Assembly: GCA_964035545.1 (NCBI GenBank)
Contig: OZ037768.1
Coordinates: 18,459,700 to 18,523,699 of the forward strand
Reading direction: 5' to 3'
Origin: Bugula neritina
Taxonomy: Eukaryota > Animalia > Bryozoa
Length of the DNA: 64,000 nt
The translations under genes were made by a program, and so were the position numbers. Below are positions 14,241 through 27,500 of this stretch, in pieces. Position 1 is the first letter of the stretch. Each line of letters opens with the position of its first letter. The notes beneath the pieces are model-generated. The model ran no database searches. It saw nothing but the letters and a program-made list of their open reading frames with translations, and was not told the origin of the DNA.

Positions 14241-16671
14241 AAATTTATCAGATGTATCAACAAGAATAAAATTTTAAAAATTAAATTTTTTAAAACATTT
14301 CAACTTTTAATTGTTTTAAACTTGTTTTATATCAACTTCAATGAAATGCCAATTATTATTGAGAAAGCAACTTCCTAGAATAGCTCAAACTTTTCAACTT
14401 CATAATATTATGACTATTTCAGTGGAAACAAATACTGCAATATAAGTATAACATAAACATTACTATAGTTACAGCTCATAGATTATCATTATGATTATGG
14501 TATATAAGATTTTGTGAAGTGGCTTTGTATTAAATTTTATTGTTTGGAAAACGATTTAAGCTGTACGCTATAGTTATTTAGTAGTTATAGTGAAGTGAAG
14601 TAGCTAATACTTATATACTAATACTAATAGTTATTTAGTATTACTAATAGTAATACTAATAGTAATAGTAATACTAATACTAATAGACAAAGTCAAAGTG
14701 ATAGTAGCACTAATAATTATAATATTATTATTAACAATCATAATCATAATGATAATGATGATGTACAAATCATAAATTTGTGCTCTTATTTTTTGGAAAA
14801 TAAATTCAGATTCCACAGGCTCAAGTATCATTAAACTGAAGTTAAACTTAAAGGTAATAAAACCTTGATTTGTAAATGCATATTGATGTAATAATAATTA
14901 GTAAATACTAAATAGTATCACTATCAAATTTGGTACTATCAATAATACGTTGATAGTAGATTTGTTTTCTGTATTACCATTACTATTAGTATTACTAGCC
15001 TATTTGTATTACTATTAGTATTAGTATTACTCTATTACTATTAGTATTACTATAACTATTAGTTTTACTACTAATAGTAATACTATTACTAATAGTAATA
15101 CTATTACTAAGATGTAAGATTAGTATTACTATTAGTATTACTATTATTATTAGTAATACAATAGCAGACATAGAACTATAATACAATTTAAATTTAAATT
15201 GTGAGATAGTGATACTCAAACCTATAGTGATGGTGAGGCTTTTAGAGTTTGTCTTGCACTGAATCTGAAAGTGATGCGGATAGTCATAGTCATACTCATA
15301 CTGATACTCATACTGATTTTGTGACGGTGATAATTATTAATTCAAATGACTACAACTTTAGTTTTAATTTGTGTCTCTACTTTCTTGTAGTTATTTAGTT
15401 ATTATAATAAAATTATTATTACAGTATGAGTGTATGTATTAGACTTAGTAACTATTAGTATTATAATTATTTTTATAGTTGTTGAGTTGTTGAAATACTA
15501 ATACTAATAGTAATAGTACTCACAGTTACAGTAAATCTTCGTTCTAATCTTTATTTTTCAACTTTCCTTGGTTAAAGAGAAAGCTTGATAGTAACACCAA
15601 CATCAACTGTAAGTGTAACGGTGATAGTGTGAACAGCTCTAGTAATTTTACTCTTATATTTATAGTCTGCATCTGAATGTGACCATTCATTGTTAATTTA
15701 TTATTTTATAAGCCAATATTATACTAAATCTAATACTAATAGTTATGGTAATAGTATTAAGTAATTCATAGGTACTCATGCTGTCTGTCTCAGTCAGCAT
15801 CAAAATGAGACTGAACTGTTTTCTATTTACCATGGTCATTTGTGATTATTCTCTATAAAATTGTTATCTTCGATTGCCCTCAACTAAGAATTTCAACTTT
15901 TTATCCTGATTAGTTTCTAATTATGCTCCTGCACCTACAGTTAATCCTCGTATGCTAATAGCAGTATTAATATTTTTTATTTCTAATTTTTAAATCGGAC
16001 ATTAAAAGTTAAAAGCTTGTAGCTTCTGCCTGCTACTTACTCTTTTCATTATATTTTAATATTTCAATATGAAAATAAGTTGTTTTATAAACTTTAATAT
16101 TGATTACAGGTAATAAAGATTAGTAAACTGGTGATACTCATGTCAATGTTGCAAATGTGTCACACATTTCATTATTAATTTTAGCCTAATATTGCTTATT
16201 TAGATGTTTGCTAAAGATCATTTGATTATATGATGCTGTATCAATATTTTTCATGTGTCAAACGTGCATTTATTGAAGTTATTCACTGTCACAAAGTTGA
16301 TGTGTAGTGTGATGGTTCGTTTAGAAATATCTGGTGTCTGAAAATAGGGATGTGTCTCTCTCTGCCAGAATTAGAAAAGATGGGATGTCCAGTTGTAATT
16401 TAATGGTCTTTGTTGAGCTGTGTGGTCTATAAGAACTTTATTGTTGAACTGAACTTTACAAATAAAGCATCTGCTTTTATATTACATTGATGTAATTTTT
16501 AGAAAATTGATCATATTCCACACTGTGCATGAATGGCGTAGAACTAACACTATTCATATAATCCAATAAGCAATTACTAAGTATGTAAACAAGTATTGCG
16601 CAATAATAGATTGCCATCAACTTGCATGCCATACTAATTTTATAAGTGTAGCCTGAAATAACAAAAGAGTA

Positions 16672-16772
16672 TGATATATATTATATATAATATATATTAT
16701 ATATAATATATGTTATATATAATATATATTATATATAATATATGTCATATATATTATATAATATATATAATA
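16672..16772. repeat. Compound TA-rich micro/minisatellite
   Basis: Repeats of ATATATTATATATAAT. Confidence 0.85.
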
Positions 16773-17319
16773 GTTTATAAAGTAGAATTTGTGACATTCA
16801 TATAATTGTGGCAGAAAAAAGTTGAAAATTGCAAACAATAGCTTTGAGTCACAACTGATAACTGGGGTGCCCTTTAACTTATAAAATCTTTAATTTAATT
16901 TTTATATTTTTCCTATCTGCTATTATTTCAGATAACTACCAATCATCTTGAATGTATATATTTTTTGTAGGCTAAAACAATACAAAGCTCGATTAAACAG
17001 CTATTTTTAATTTAAAAGTTATTAATAGGCAGTTATTTTAATGCATCAATAAATATTCAAGCTGTGTTTGGTTTATTCCTTTTTTTTAATTTTATGTGCA
17101 AGAATTGTGCAACTCTGGGTTCTTTTGCTTACTAAATAGTTTACCAAAAGCCAAGGCCGAGTGAGTGAATGGAAAATACCCGGGGGGGGGGGGGGGGCAT
17201 AATTTCATTTAGGCTAAACAACGACTGCTCTCTGTTTAATCTTGCACTAACAACTACAATATTTAAAATATAATTGGGAGTTTTTGATGCAAAAATAACC
17301 TAAGTTTATTGTCTTGTAG

Positions 17320-20300
17320 ATGGAAAAGATTGTGTGGGCCAAAAGCATTCCACCATATCCTTGGTGGCCAGCCAAAGTTAGTGCTCATTTTGCTCATTTG
17401 AATATATAACTATTTGCATTAAAATATATTTCATATCAATTTGTGTGCTCCAATTTTTTGTTGCATTAACAAGCTAGTGACTGCTTTATATTAAAACAGT
17501 ATCTATTTGTTGCACCTATCGGATGTGTATTTTAAGTTACTCTATGTTTTTCTCTTTTGCATAAATTTGTTCTGTGGTCACATTACCATTGTAAATGACA
17601 AATTATGTTGCCATTGTTCATTTATTTATATGGTTGTATTAATAAATAAATACAATGTTTTACCATTGTTTAATGTTTTTTAAGGTTATTAAGTAAACAG
17701 TAGGTGATTTTATAAATATTTCATTTACACTCTGAAGTCTAAAGTGTAGGTCTGTATAATTCGTAGTTTCATTTCTGTTTAGATTACGGATGAAAATGAA
17801 GGTGACTCTAAAGTTGAAATTGAGTTTTTTGGAGATAGATTCAGGTACTGTTTGAATTTGTGATGACTTATTTTTCTGTTCACCCTTGAATTATATAGCT
17901 TGATGTGTTATTTTGCCTTTTACTAGCTTTAATATCTTTGACATTATTTTCTAGAAAACAAGTGTGTCGAAAAATGCTCAAACCTTATCCAGAGTTTAGA
18001 GAAAAATTATCAAAAGCCTCTAAAAGTATGTATTAGTGTCATTAAAATTAATTTTAATTTATCGTTTTTAATCGGAGTTTATTTGACTGAAACAAATAAA
18101 TAAAATTTTGTTTAATTTTAAACTAAAAGCTGAGAACCCTTTATTATTGCTTATTGTTCCTTATATAATTATTGACTCAATGATGTCAACCATGTATACA
18201 TAGGAATCAGAACTCACTTGTTAAGAGAATTGTTCAAAGGGCAATGTTTTACCAAATAAATTGGTTACATACATTTGATTTACTTTGTGATAAACTCGTA
18301 TCAATTCTATAAACAGCATGTTTCCATCAAGATTCTTGCTGTAAGGTTGATTGTAGAATGTTGTTTATATCACAGAAAGTTCCAATTCGACTCGACTGTT
18401 GTTGAATGAAGCCATCGAAGAAGCAGATAAAGAGCTGCAAAGTATAGACTTAGTACCTAAGAAAAAGGCTAAAGCTGAGACACCTACCTCTAGTCGTAAA
18501 ACCAAGGCTTCTTCAGCCTCAAAGCTATTGACAAAGTCTTCCTTTACTAGTAATAAAACCAAATCAAGAAAACATCCTGTTCTATCTCTAACACCTAGGG
18601 CTATTCTACCAGTATCAACAAATTTCAGCCAACTCAGTCCATTTCATTCAAAAAAACTTGCATTCACTTCTCCAGCTAATGCTAAAAGCACCAGTGAGTT
18701 GAAAGATATCACTAGGGCAACAGTATTACCTAACCTACAAGAATCTCTAAATTCAGATCCACCTAAATCTTCTATACATGAAAAGTTAAAGGTATAGTAA
18801 AATTGCTCTCCATCAAAGTTTTAGAATAATTCATATAAATATTTATGTGCTACATGCTATTAGATAAGATTATAGATAGCCTAAAACCTTATTACTGAAT
18901 ACTGTTCATCTACAGGACGTGCCTGTACCCGTGCCTACCTCATCAGTTGACGATGATGACGACGAAGATCTGCCGTCGTATGAGTTTATGCTTCAAGGTA
19001 TTTAAACAAGCAGTGTTGATTTTCACAATGCATACATTTTGGGCTACACATTCATCTCAGATATGTTCTGTTCAAAATTTTGCCATCTTCTAGGCTGATC
19101 TCCATGTGTTCATTGTGAAGATGGTTTAAAATTGTGCCAAAACCATACAATAAAGAATGCTTTTTAGGTGTGGCATTGAATTTCAAACCTGGGGAAGTAG
19201 TTTGGGTAAAATGGAGGAAATGCCCTCATTGGCCATGCTTAGTGAGTGATACTCAAGTTTGCTTTAAAAGTATTCAACCATTTTTCATTTTATTTCATCA
19301 CTGAAAGTTTGGATTTTTTTGTTGAAGATTTTAATGTTTCTTAAAGCAGATTTTATGATCAGCTTCCTTGTATTTATTATTTTTTTATGTTTTTTTTTGG
19401 ATTTAGATATTACAATATGTAACAATTAGTAACTAGTTTTGCCTTGTTGTTAAATATAGTTGTCTGTCTGTTCTGATCAATGCTGCTTAACATGAGCAGA
19501 GTTTATCCATTGTCGATTTTATCGCCTCATGTCATTGCTTTTACAGATCACAAAAAATAATGACATAAAGAAAAGGGTTGCTGTGAAATTCATCAACTGT
19601 GAAAATCCAAGAAATGGGTTGGTAAATTGAACTGAATGAGAATTTTCAAAGACTTTTGGTGTAATGGCTGTTCCAGCTGATTTACTTTTTGCTGTTCGTA
19701 TTTTCTTGTGCTAGATTATTGGTGAATCCAACGAGCATTGGCGATTATCCAGGAGACAATTATAAGGAGTATGTTAACAACTCTCGGAGTTATCCTCTCT
19801 ACAGAGATTCTCTTTCCAAAGCAATTGATATGACTGATAGATACCTCTATCGGAAAGCAGACAACCAGGAAATTGAAGCCTATTCTTACTTTTTCCCTAA
19901 AGATGGTAAATATTTTGTGCCGAACGTATATATCTTTACGCTTCTCGTAGGGTTAAAATATGCTCCTTGAGTAGAATAAATCACTTTGTTATAAAGCTCA
20001 TATTCGGGTGTGTGCTGCCCTAAACTTCGTTAGTATTTGTTGATATGTTGACTTATGGTTATGGTATGTATGACTGTATTATGTAAATAAAGGGAGCAGC
20101 CATGGTATAGGGGTTAGAGCGTTAGGCTTAGTAAACACAAAGTTCTGGGTTCAAACCCCAGTAAAGGTCATTGGTGATGTTAGGAAGAGCATCCGCTCAT
20201 AATTGCTCCTGTGCCACATATAAATAAGTCCTTACCCACTTTAAAAAACCTTTTCATCAGAGGTTCTCTTAGGGATAGTGCCTATAAAATGCACGAGTTT

Positions 20301-22946
20301 TTTTATAAACATAAAATTATAGATAATATCTATTTTTTATATGAATATCTATTGGTCGTACTGTATTATGTGTTTTACTCATTAATACTGCACTTGTGCA
20401 TACTGTCACAGTCCCACTGAATTTCTCAATGTAAAGATTTTTTCGAAAATTAAAAGCTTTCTCACTCAATCTATGCTCACGAAAAAAGCGTAAATCAACG
20501 CCTTCTGACGCAACACTAATTGTACAATAATAAAATGTAGCATTAGAGCATTAATGTCTTCATGAAATTTGATTCATGGGTCTAGAGTCTAGACTTTAGG
20601 AGTCTAGTGTATGCCAGACAACCTCTTTTTGAATGTTAATTAGTTAGCGCTGTACTGTATAGCATTGATATTTGTAATGACAGTGGAGCAAGAAAACTCA
20701 GATATTGAACTCGACAGCGCTGACTCCGAGTTCATGAAAAGTTTATTCAGTGAAAAGCTAGACTGTGAAGCTGTAAGGAAAGATGAGACTCCTCCCAAAA
20801 ATGTTGTATTTAAAGAATTCTCAAAGAGTACTTTGAAAAGGTTGGCTATAATTGTTTATAATACTTTTTTCATTTTGGATCTTATAGGATGAAAAATGTT
20901 GTTTACGGCAATGTATTTTGAAATTTGAATTTTATTCTAAGAACAGAACATTAAAAAATGATTTGTGTACAGTTTGGCATATTCTATTGGTCGTGTAATA
21001 AAAATAGAGTATAACACAGTTTGAGTTGGTTGATAGAAGTTTTCAATATTTTCCTTAAGGAGTTTATGCAGCTGTGTGATATTTTTGACAATGTTCTTTC
21101 ACTTCAAATTTTGTTTAGTTCCGTGTTTAGCTAATAAACTACCCTATTAGGACACCGTACTCTTCCATTAATCTTTGCAATATTCTATTGTAAACACTGA
21201 CGGCTTAAATGGCTGTGAAAATTTTCAGGTCAATTTTCAATATATGGGTATATACTAATACTACTATTACTGTTCTACACTAAGAGTTAACAATGCATGA
21301 AATATACAGTCTACATAGTTGTATCATGAGTTAAGCACACACACACACACTCTTGCACTCGAGCACACACACACACACACGCACGCACACACGCACACTC
21401 CCACACACACACGAACACTGCGCTCACAAGTTCAAAGTCTAAGCTTTATTGGTGTGTAGGTTCATACTTTTTCAGCGTTCTATCAGATAATTAGAGTATA
21501 AGGAGTTGTCTGTCCTACAGTTATGCCTCTTTCATTTTTAAGTTGTTAGAAGCTTTTAAAGTGCATGTTAAGCTTATTAAAGCCCAAGTATAATAATTAT
21601 GCTAATTAATTCCAAGTATTGGTTTTTTAGCATTGAAGAAAGAAATGTGTGGCTCCGGGCTTTGTTGACTGTCATCAAAGAAGATCAATTGACGGTAAAT
21701 TTCCCTCCACTGTAATAATAATGTAATATCTTATAGAAGTTATCTTCTCATTTTCACACATGATTAGTTCCCAGTATCAAGATACATAACCAACAACTCC
21801 GCTTGTATTCATGGCGAATTATATAGAAGACAACTTTGAACTGCATTGCCAAAATCGCTTACTGCGCAAGCATATTGGCAAATCCCAAAAGTTTGGCAAA
21901 TTTTTTGTCCGTCTAAACTATGGAATATAATCATCTCATTATTTCTCAGAAACAGCTGAAAGAGTATATGCATCAGGGAGTGACACTGACCAAAGTGACC
22001 GATAAGAATCTCCATTTGGGTCCATTTGTATTTGCATATGAAAATCTGGTGAGATTATGATGGTAAAATTATACATTTTGTGCTGCCCAATGTACTAACT
22101 AAACTTTGAATTTATCATCCAAATTTCCAATTAAAATTGCCAACATTCTAAGTTAAACTGTTATTAACAGCTCTATTGCTATTAAATTATTAGTGGAGCA
22201 ATTAAATTGTGTTGGCATGAGTTATTTTCAAATCTATTGTTTTATTCATTTATTTTATTTGTTTGTTGTAGAGAAGTGAGCTACTGAAGCATGTTCTTAG
22301 TGTTTATAATCAAGTTACCCAATGCATACATATGCCAGAATGGTGTTACACTTCTGCTTTACCACAGGTGAGTCATGGTGCTCCAAATTCAGGCAAATGA
22401 TTTGCAAGGTCTTGTGGCTGCTGTAAATGATACTTGTAATAGGCAACCCCCAAATTAATTAACTTGGCCACAATTTACACATCTAGCCCTTAATTGCATT
22501 CCTGCAACTTCCAGATTTGCAGTCAATTATTATAGCAAGTCATTATGACAAGTTTCACCTGAGCCAATATTATAGAATGTAATTTAGTTTAGGTTAATTT
22601 TATTTTGCAAGCTTTCAAGTATAAAAAATGCTGAACTACTTGCGTCTAGTATCTAGTTTAATGTTAATTAATTAAAAATATATTCCAAATTATAAATGCT
22701 AATTATAATCTTATCAAAGGAATTTTTTTCAGAATGTGGTTTTGATTTTAATACAATTAGTTACTGCACACAGAATCTTTTTTGTTTTAGACAATTATCG
22801 ATGCTATAGTAAAAGTCGACAATATTTCCCCATCTGAGGCAAAGCAGAAATTTTTCATCAATCTTCTAACAGAAGAAGAAGATATCCGTCTGGATGAACA
22901 GCTGTGTGCCGCAAGTGCTGCAGCTGTTCCTCTGGATGACACTTGA
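17320..22946 (+). CDS. PWWP-domain protein, MUM1/PWWP3-like (531 aa, two PWWP motifs)
   Basis: Exons 17320-17376 (MEKIVWAKSIPPYPWWPAK), 17783-17844, 17955-18025, 18376-18791, 18916-18997, 19168-19241 (FKPGEVVWVKWRKCPHWPCL), 19547-19617, 19715-19905, 20684-20840, 21631-21694, 21950-22048, 22272-22367, 22791-22946 (TGA). All phases are consistent. The C-terminal LPQTIIDAIVKVDNISPSEAKQKF resembles the MUM1/PWWP3 C-terminal LPEAIICAISAVD motif. Confidence 0.8.
20092..20248 (+). mobile_element. tRNA-derived SINE in a PWWP gene intron
   Basis: Pol III A-box-like TGGTATAGGGGTTAGAGC (20103-20120) and B-box GGTTCAAACCC (20148-20158), followed by a non-tRNA body (AGGAAGAGCATCCGCTCATAATTGCTCC) and an A-rich end. 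No complete cloverleaf or acceptor stem. Confidence 0.7.
21336..21412. repeat. Imperfect (CA)n microsatellite
   Basis: CACACA/GCAC runs. Confidence 0.9.
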
Positions 22947-23067
22947 CAAAGCTATAGTAGAAAGTTATAAATTGTAAAATTCTATATTATTATCATTATC
23001 TGCTTTAAATTGCTATATATTTTACCCCACTGAACAAAACCGTAATAGTACTTACGCTACATGTTTC

Positions 23068-23217
23068 GAATGGTTCCATAAGCAGCTCCGAGTTGGGGGT
23101 GACTGAGTGCAGTATTTTGTAGTTTTCGAGTTAGGGTTTATTGAAACTCCCAACTCAAGAACCCCCACACTACTGCACTCATTCACCCCCAACTCGGAGC
23201 TGCTTATAGAATCATTC
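23068..23217. mobile_element. Palindromic MITE family B, best copy, ~120 bp after the PWWP stop codon
   Basis: ~46-bp near-perfect inverted arms GAATGGTTCCATAAGCAGCTCCGAGTTGGGGGTGACTGAGTGCAGTA / TACTGCACTCATTCACCCCCAACTCGGAGCTGCTTATAGAATCATTC. Confidence 0.85.
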
Positions 23218-23929
23218 ACATATTTCGGCAGCTAACGTTCAGTGGCTGAATTAAATGTACACTTTTATGCATACCATTTTATTTAGCATTACATAATAGG
23301 GCCAAGGTGCAATTTCGTAAGCATATAAATAGCTTTATTATGCATTTATTGTTAAAAGTATCATGTTTAAATATAAGTCTATCAACACATTAATATACAT
23401 TATTGAGTTTTTCAACTATTATAAATGCACTTCATCTAATTGTTTAAATGATTCACAGCAAAGCTATATTACCACCAAGTTCTTGCAGCACCACAGTATT
23501 AAACAGTATTATGACTTAGATCAATCTTAGCAATAATTTAACAGGGGAGAACAATACATTATTCTGATTATACTAACAATATAGATGTACAAGTGGTTAG
23601 AATTGCTTCATGTTTAGTCCTGTAAACAATAAAAAGCAGATAATTTGATTTGAAGCCAACCTAAATTACTACTAAGTGCTTATTTGTAGTTCTTATTAAA
23701 ATATTGATCAAGGTTTAAAAAATATGCATGCCCATAGATATATTTAACAGTTCCCTAGGCAGGTCCAATAATATCTATATTTACTCTACTACAATTTAGT
23801 GCAATATTCGTTTGTCTAAAAAAATTGGTAAAGCTATTTATTAATTTGGGATGTCGAATATAAAACAAGCATCTGAAATTGCAACAAAAATTAACTTGGT
23901 TTCTTAATTCCATTCAAAAGCTAATAATA

Positions 23930-23933
<4 letters not shown>

Positions 23934-23960
<27 letters not shown>

Positions 23961-23974
23961 CTGTATATATACTG

Positions 23975-24012
<38 letters not shown>
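23934..24012. repeat. (TA)n microsatellite plus poly-T
   Basis: Direct inspection. Confidence 0.9.
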
Positions 24013-24511
24013 AAGTCTGCCTAACCTAACAAAAGTATATACATTCCATAAGTACAGAGTACAGGTGTATGAATCATGACATCAGCACTAAACCTCAGGG
24101 CTAAAGTGAGAAAAACTGTTTGTTATATAATCTTATTGCACTGGCATAGCAAGTATGTATTACTTGGACATTTTAATTAGGCATAAAGGCTGTCATAGCA
24201 TATTGTTGTCAGCAATTATCCTGTTACTAGGCATCAGTAAAATTCTAATTTGAAAGACAGTTACTACTGTGCGAGTTAGATCTGCAAATCTATAGTAAAC
24301 ATTACTTGGCTAACCGAGAAAACCTTTTATACACAATAATATCAATAAATAATAATATATTTAATTCTACCTAAACTATAAAATAGAAATGTTCAATAGT
24401 GTCAAACTATTCTATATACCCTGTACATATTATATATATAATACAGTTCTTAATAATACATCACAATCCCATTTGCTATGTCAGATAAAAGAAATAGGAC
24501 AACTTCATAAA

Positions 24512-27500
24512 CTATTTCTTGGATCCGTTTCGCATGTCTGACATTCTAATAACCGTACTTCCTTCCGGTAATAGCAATTCCTCACCATCTTCTGTGTCAC
24601 TAGTTTGAATTGAATCAGCTCTCATTAACGTGAACTCTGCTTCTTCACTGTCACTATCAGAGTCGGGGTGCATGGCAGCCAGCTCTTTAGCACTAGCAAA
24701 TAAAACATCTCATCTTAATCTAACCATCATCAGTTTCACTGTAACTTTGTGCCTGCTAATTTATGTTGTTAGCATTATACCAGTGACTCTTATAGTCGCT
24801 TGAGCACTCTGGCTTGAATTGCCACACCTGTTCAATTCTTTTGGTATAAACATTAGTAGGCTACTCTATGCTGTGCACGCATGGGACAAACCCTGAAACG
24901 GCAAAATAATGCATATCGAGTTTGATGATTACCTGACAATAGGGGTATCAACTGGAACTGTGTTTTCAAATCTAGAATAATCAACTTGATATTCTCCGTC
25001 TTCTCTCTGGAAAGTTACTAGACGCTCTAACCGCTGGCCCCACAGAATTTCCCCAGGAAGATAGGATGTACGGGCCTGGGTTGTCATACCAGTTGACTCA
25101 ATAGTACCTACAATAAAGTTCTGGCAATTAACATTATTACACAATACAACGCACTGTACAAGTTTCAACAATAACAAGCAATACAGCTTCAATTTTCAGG
25201 CCAAAATGCTCACTATTTAAAAAATCAAAATTCGGCACAACAACCTTTTGCAAAAGACTTGTAGGTACATTATCATTGATATGTATGGAGGTTTTAAAAA
25301 AATTCACAATGGATGAAAAAGCTATCATCAAAAGTACAAAACCATTATCCAGACCATCTAATACAAATAACTCATCATTTAAAGTGCTTCTTGGTAAATT
25401 AAAGCACTTTAAAAACTACCATATAAACACTCGTTTTCTGTTTAACTATTTATCTTCAAAACAAAAGAAACACAACTAGTAATGACTAACTACGTAAGCA
25501 AATTAATCCACTTGCCAAACATAAGTTCTTGTATGCTTTTAGTAAAAACTTCAAATAAAATCCTTTTAGAAAACATTGAAGTCAGTCCACAACCATTTTG
25601 TGGCCAAGACAAACGGTGCTCAAAAATGCCTGTTAACAACGAATTTACCAACCTTCCAGCACAATAATCAGCTCAAAGTTTTCTCGATCTAAATCTGCTT
25701 TAGACATTCTCCAAAATGGTGATGTTTTGTCAATTTTATGTATGACTATAACTGGCCATATTATGAGTAGCCTGTCGGTACCGTTGTCAAACCCAAAGTT
25801 CACATCCTGGTTGTCTAGTGGAAGCACCTAGAACAAAGTCAACTACAAATTTCACCACATCTACACTAATATGTATATACTCAAAACTTAAACTTCACAA
25901 ATATCAAAGAGATTAACAGCTGCATATCTTCATCATTATTTTATACTGTAGAGTAGAGTCTACACCAAACACTGGCCAAGTCAAACTTTAAAACGTACAT
26001 GTTAAGGGAATGGGGATAAAATACAAGGTTACTAGCAATGATACAATTACATTTTCACTAAAAAAATACGAACAGGAAAAAAAAAGCACTTTGTTGAAAA
26101 ATTGACCTCCAGTTGAAGTACAGGATGAGCAGCTAAACACATTAAGTGAATATGTCACACAGAAGTTTCCAAGTTCCTCATTTCCAAATTTATTCATGAC
26201 TATTTGTCATTATTTTCTGGATGTGAAAGCCTTTTCATCACTTTTAATTGATTTTAAAATTGTCGAAAACATCCTTTCGAGCAAATAGTTTAAATTGATA
26301 AAAAAATACTAAAAGGAATTTTAAATTGCCAAAGAGTTTGCAAAATATTTAATTTTATGACAAGTTTAAAACAGACTCGTTTTTGTAACCATATTGTAAT
26401 TTTGTTTATACCGTAGCCTATAGATACAGGAAACAGTTGGGCTTGTCATATGTACAGCGAAGATGATTCCTAGCAGCGGTTAGCAAATAGGCTAATGTTC
26501 CTAAACTGACAAGCTGGCTGAATAGGGGGAGGTATAGACCAACCTCGCCTTCTCTAGTCACCCTTCTTCTCACTACCATCCCTCGTACGTGTGCCTCTAT
26601 CAAATGCGAACTCCTCATATCACCGATTCTAAACATGAGACACAGAGCGCCATCTCGGAGACAAATAGCAGCGTTGCGGCTGAACATCAATGTTTCGGCT
26701 CGCTTTTTTGGTCTGGAAAGTTTTGCAAATATCATACCTAACAAGCAGAGGGAACACTAACACTAAACAGTAAAATAAGTGGATGAAACGTTAATAGAAC
26801 ATAAGAAAAAGTTCAAAAACACATTGTGTGCCTGTTAAAGTAGTTTTTAGAAAGTATATATTCAGTATCCGTGAGTGAACTTCTACTAACAGTTATTTAC
26901 TAATCTTCATTAGCTATGCATGTCATCAGTGGTGAGAGTGAGAAAGATACATTTACTGTAGTATTGTTCACTAAAAACTTGATGCTTGAACTAAATGAAC
27001 CATGGGAAAGATAGTAAAAGAGAGAAATTCTTTCGAGCACTTGACTTAAACTGAGTAGAACTACCAGGCTTAGGAATTAATGCCCCCCTCCTCATTTACG
27101 CCTTATGATGAGGAAATATACATTGGAAGAGATGATGTGCTGAATAGTGGATTGGCAGAACTTCACTGGGACAAAAAGGTGTCAACCAGTTTGACTGACA
27201 CTTTCTGTGGCGCAGAACCAAACTATGATATAAAAGTGGGACATAACAGAGGGTCACTTAAACAAGATGTTCTTTAAAATGAAGATGTTCAGACACTGTT
27301 ATTTGAATATCACTGAGTTTGGAAATGGGGTGAAGTGGTGAGAAAAGGAAAGTCATAACAGTTGGTAGATGTTGAATACTGTACTGAGAATGTTGATTTA
27401 CAGAAGAGAAAATAAAAACTGATGAAAGTTGTAGGTTCAAACCAAAAAAGGTCAAAAGTATTGATTCTTTCTGGGCTGGCTTGGCCTTGACCTTAGAGAA

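Larger units (their letters stand above)
12600..15800. repeat. Degenerate 6-bp-periodic low-complexity blocks (12600-13960 and 14400-15800)
   Basis: Runs such as ACTAAT-AGTAAT-ACTAAT-AGTAAT-AGTAAT (14643) and AGTCAT-AGTCAT-ACTCAT-ACTGAT-ACTCAT-ACTGAT (15282). Confidence 0.8.

Noticed and set aside
14631-15219. ORFs rich in Ile/Ser/Thr/Asn (14631-14831, 14995-15219)
   Set aside because: They are translations of the hexamer-periodic low-complexity DNA; no splice or homology support.
20092-20170. Possible tRNA gene
   Set aside because: A and B boxes are present, but there is no acceptor stem or terminator and it continues into a SINE-like body.
27080-27277. Nested 65-aa plus-strand ORF or alternative Kir exon
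   Set aside because: No family motif and no usable splice phase on the Kir strand.
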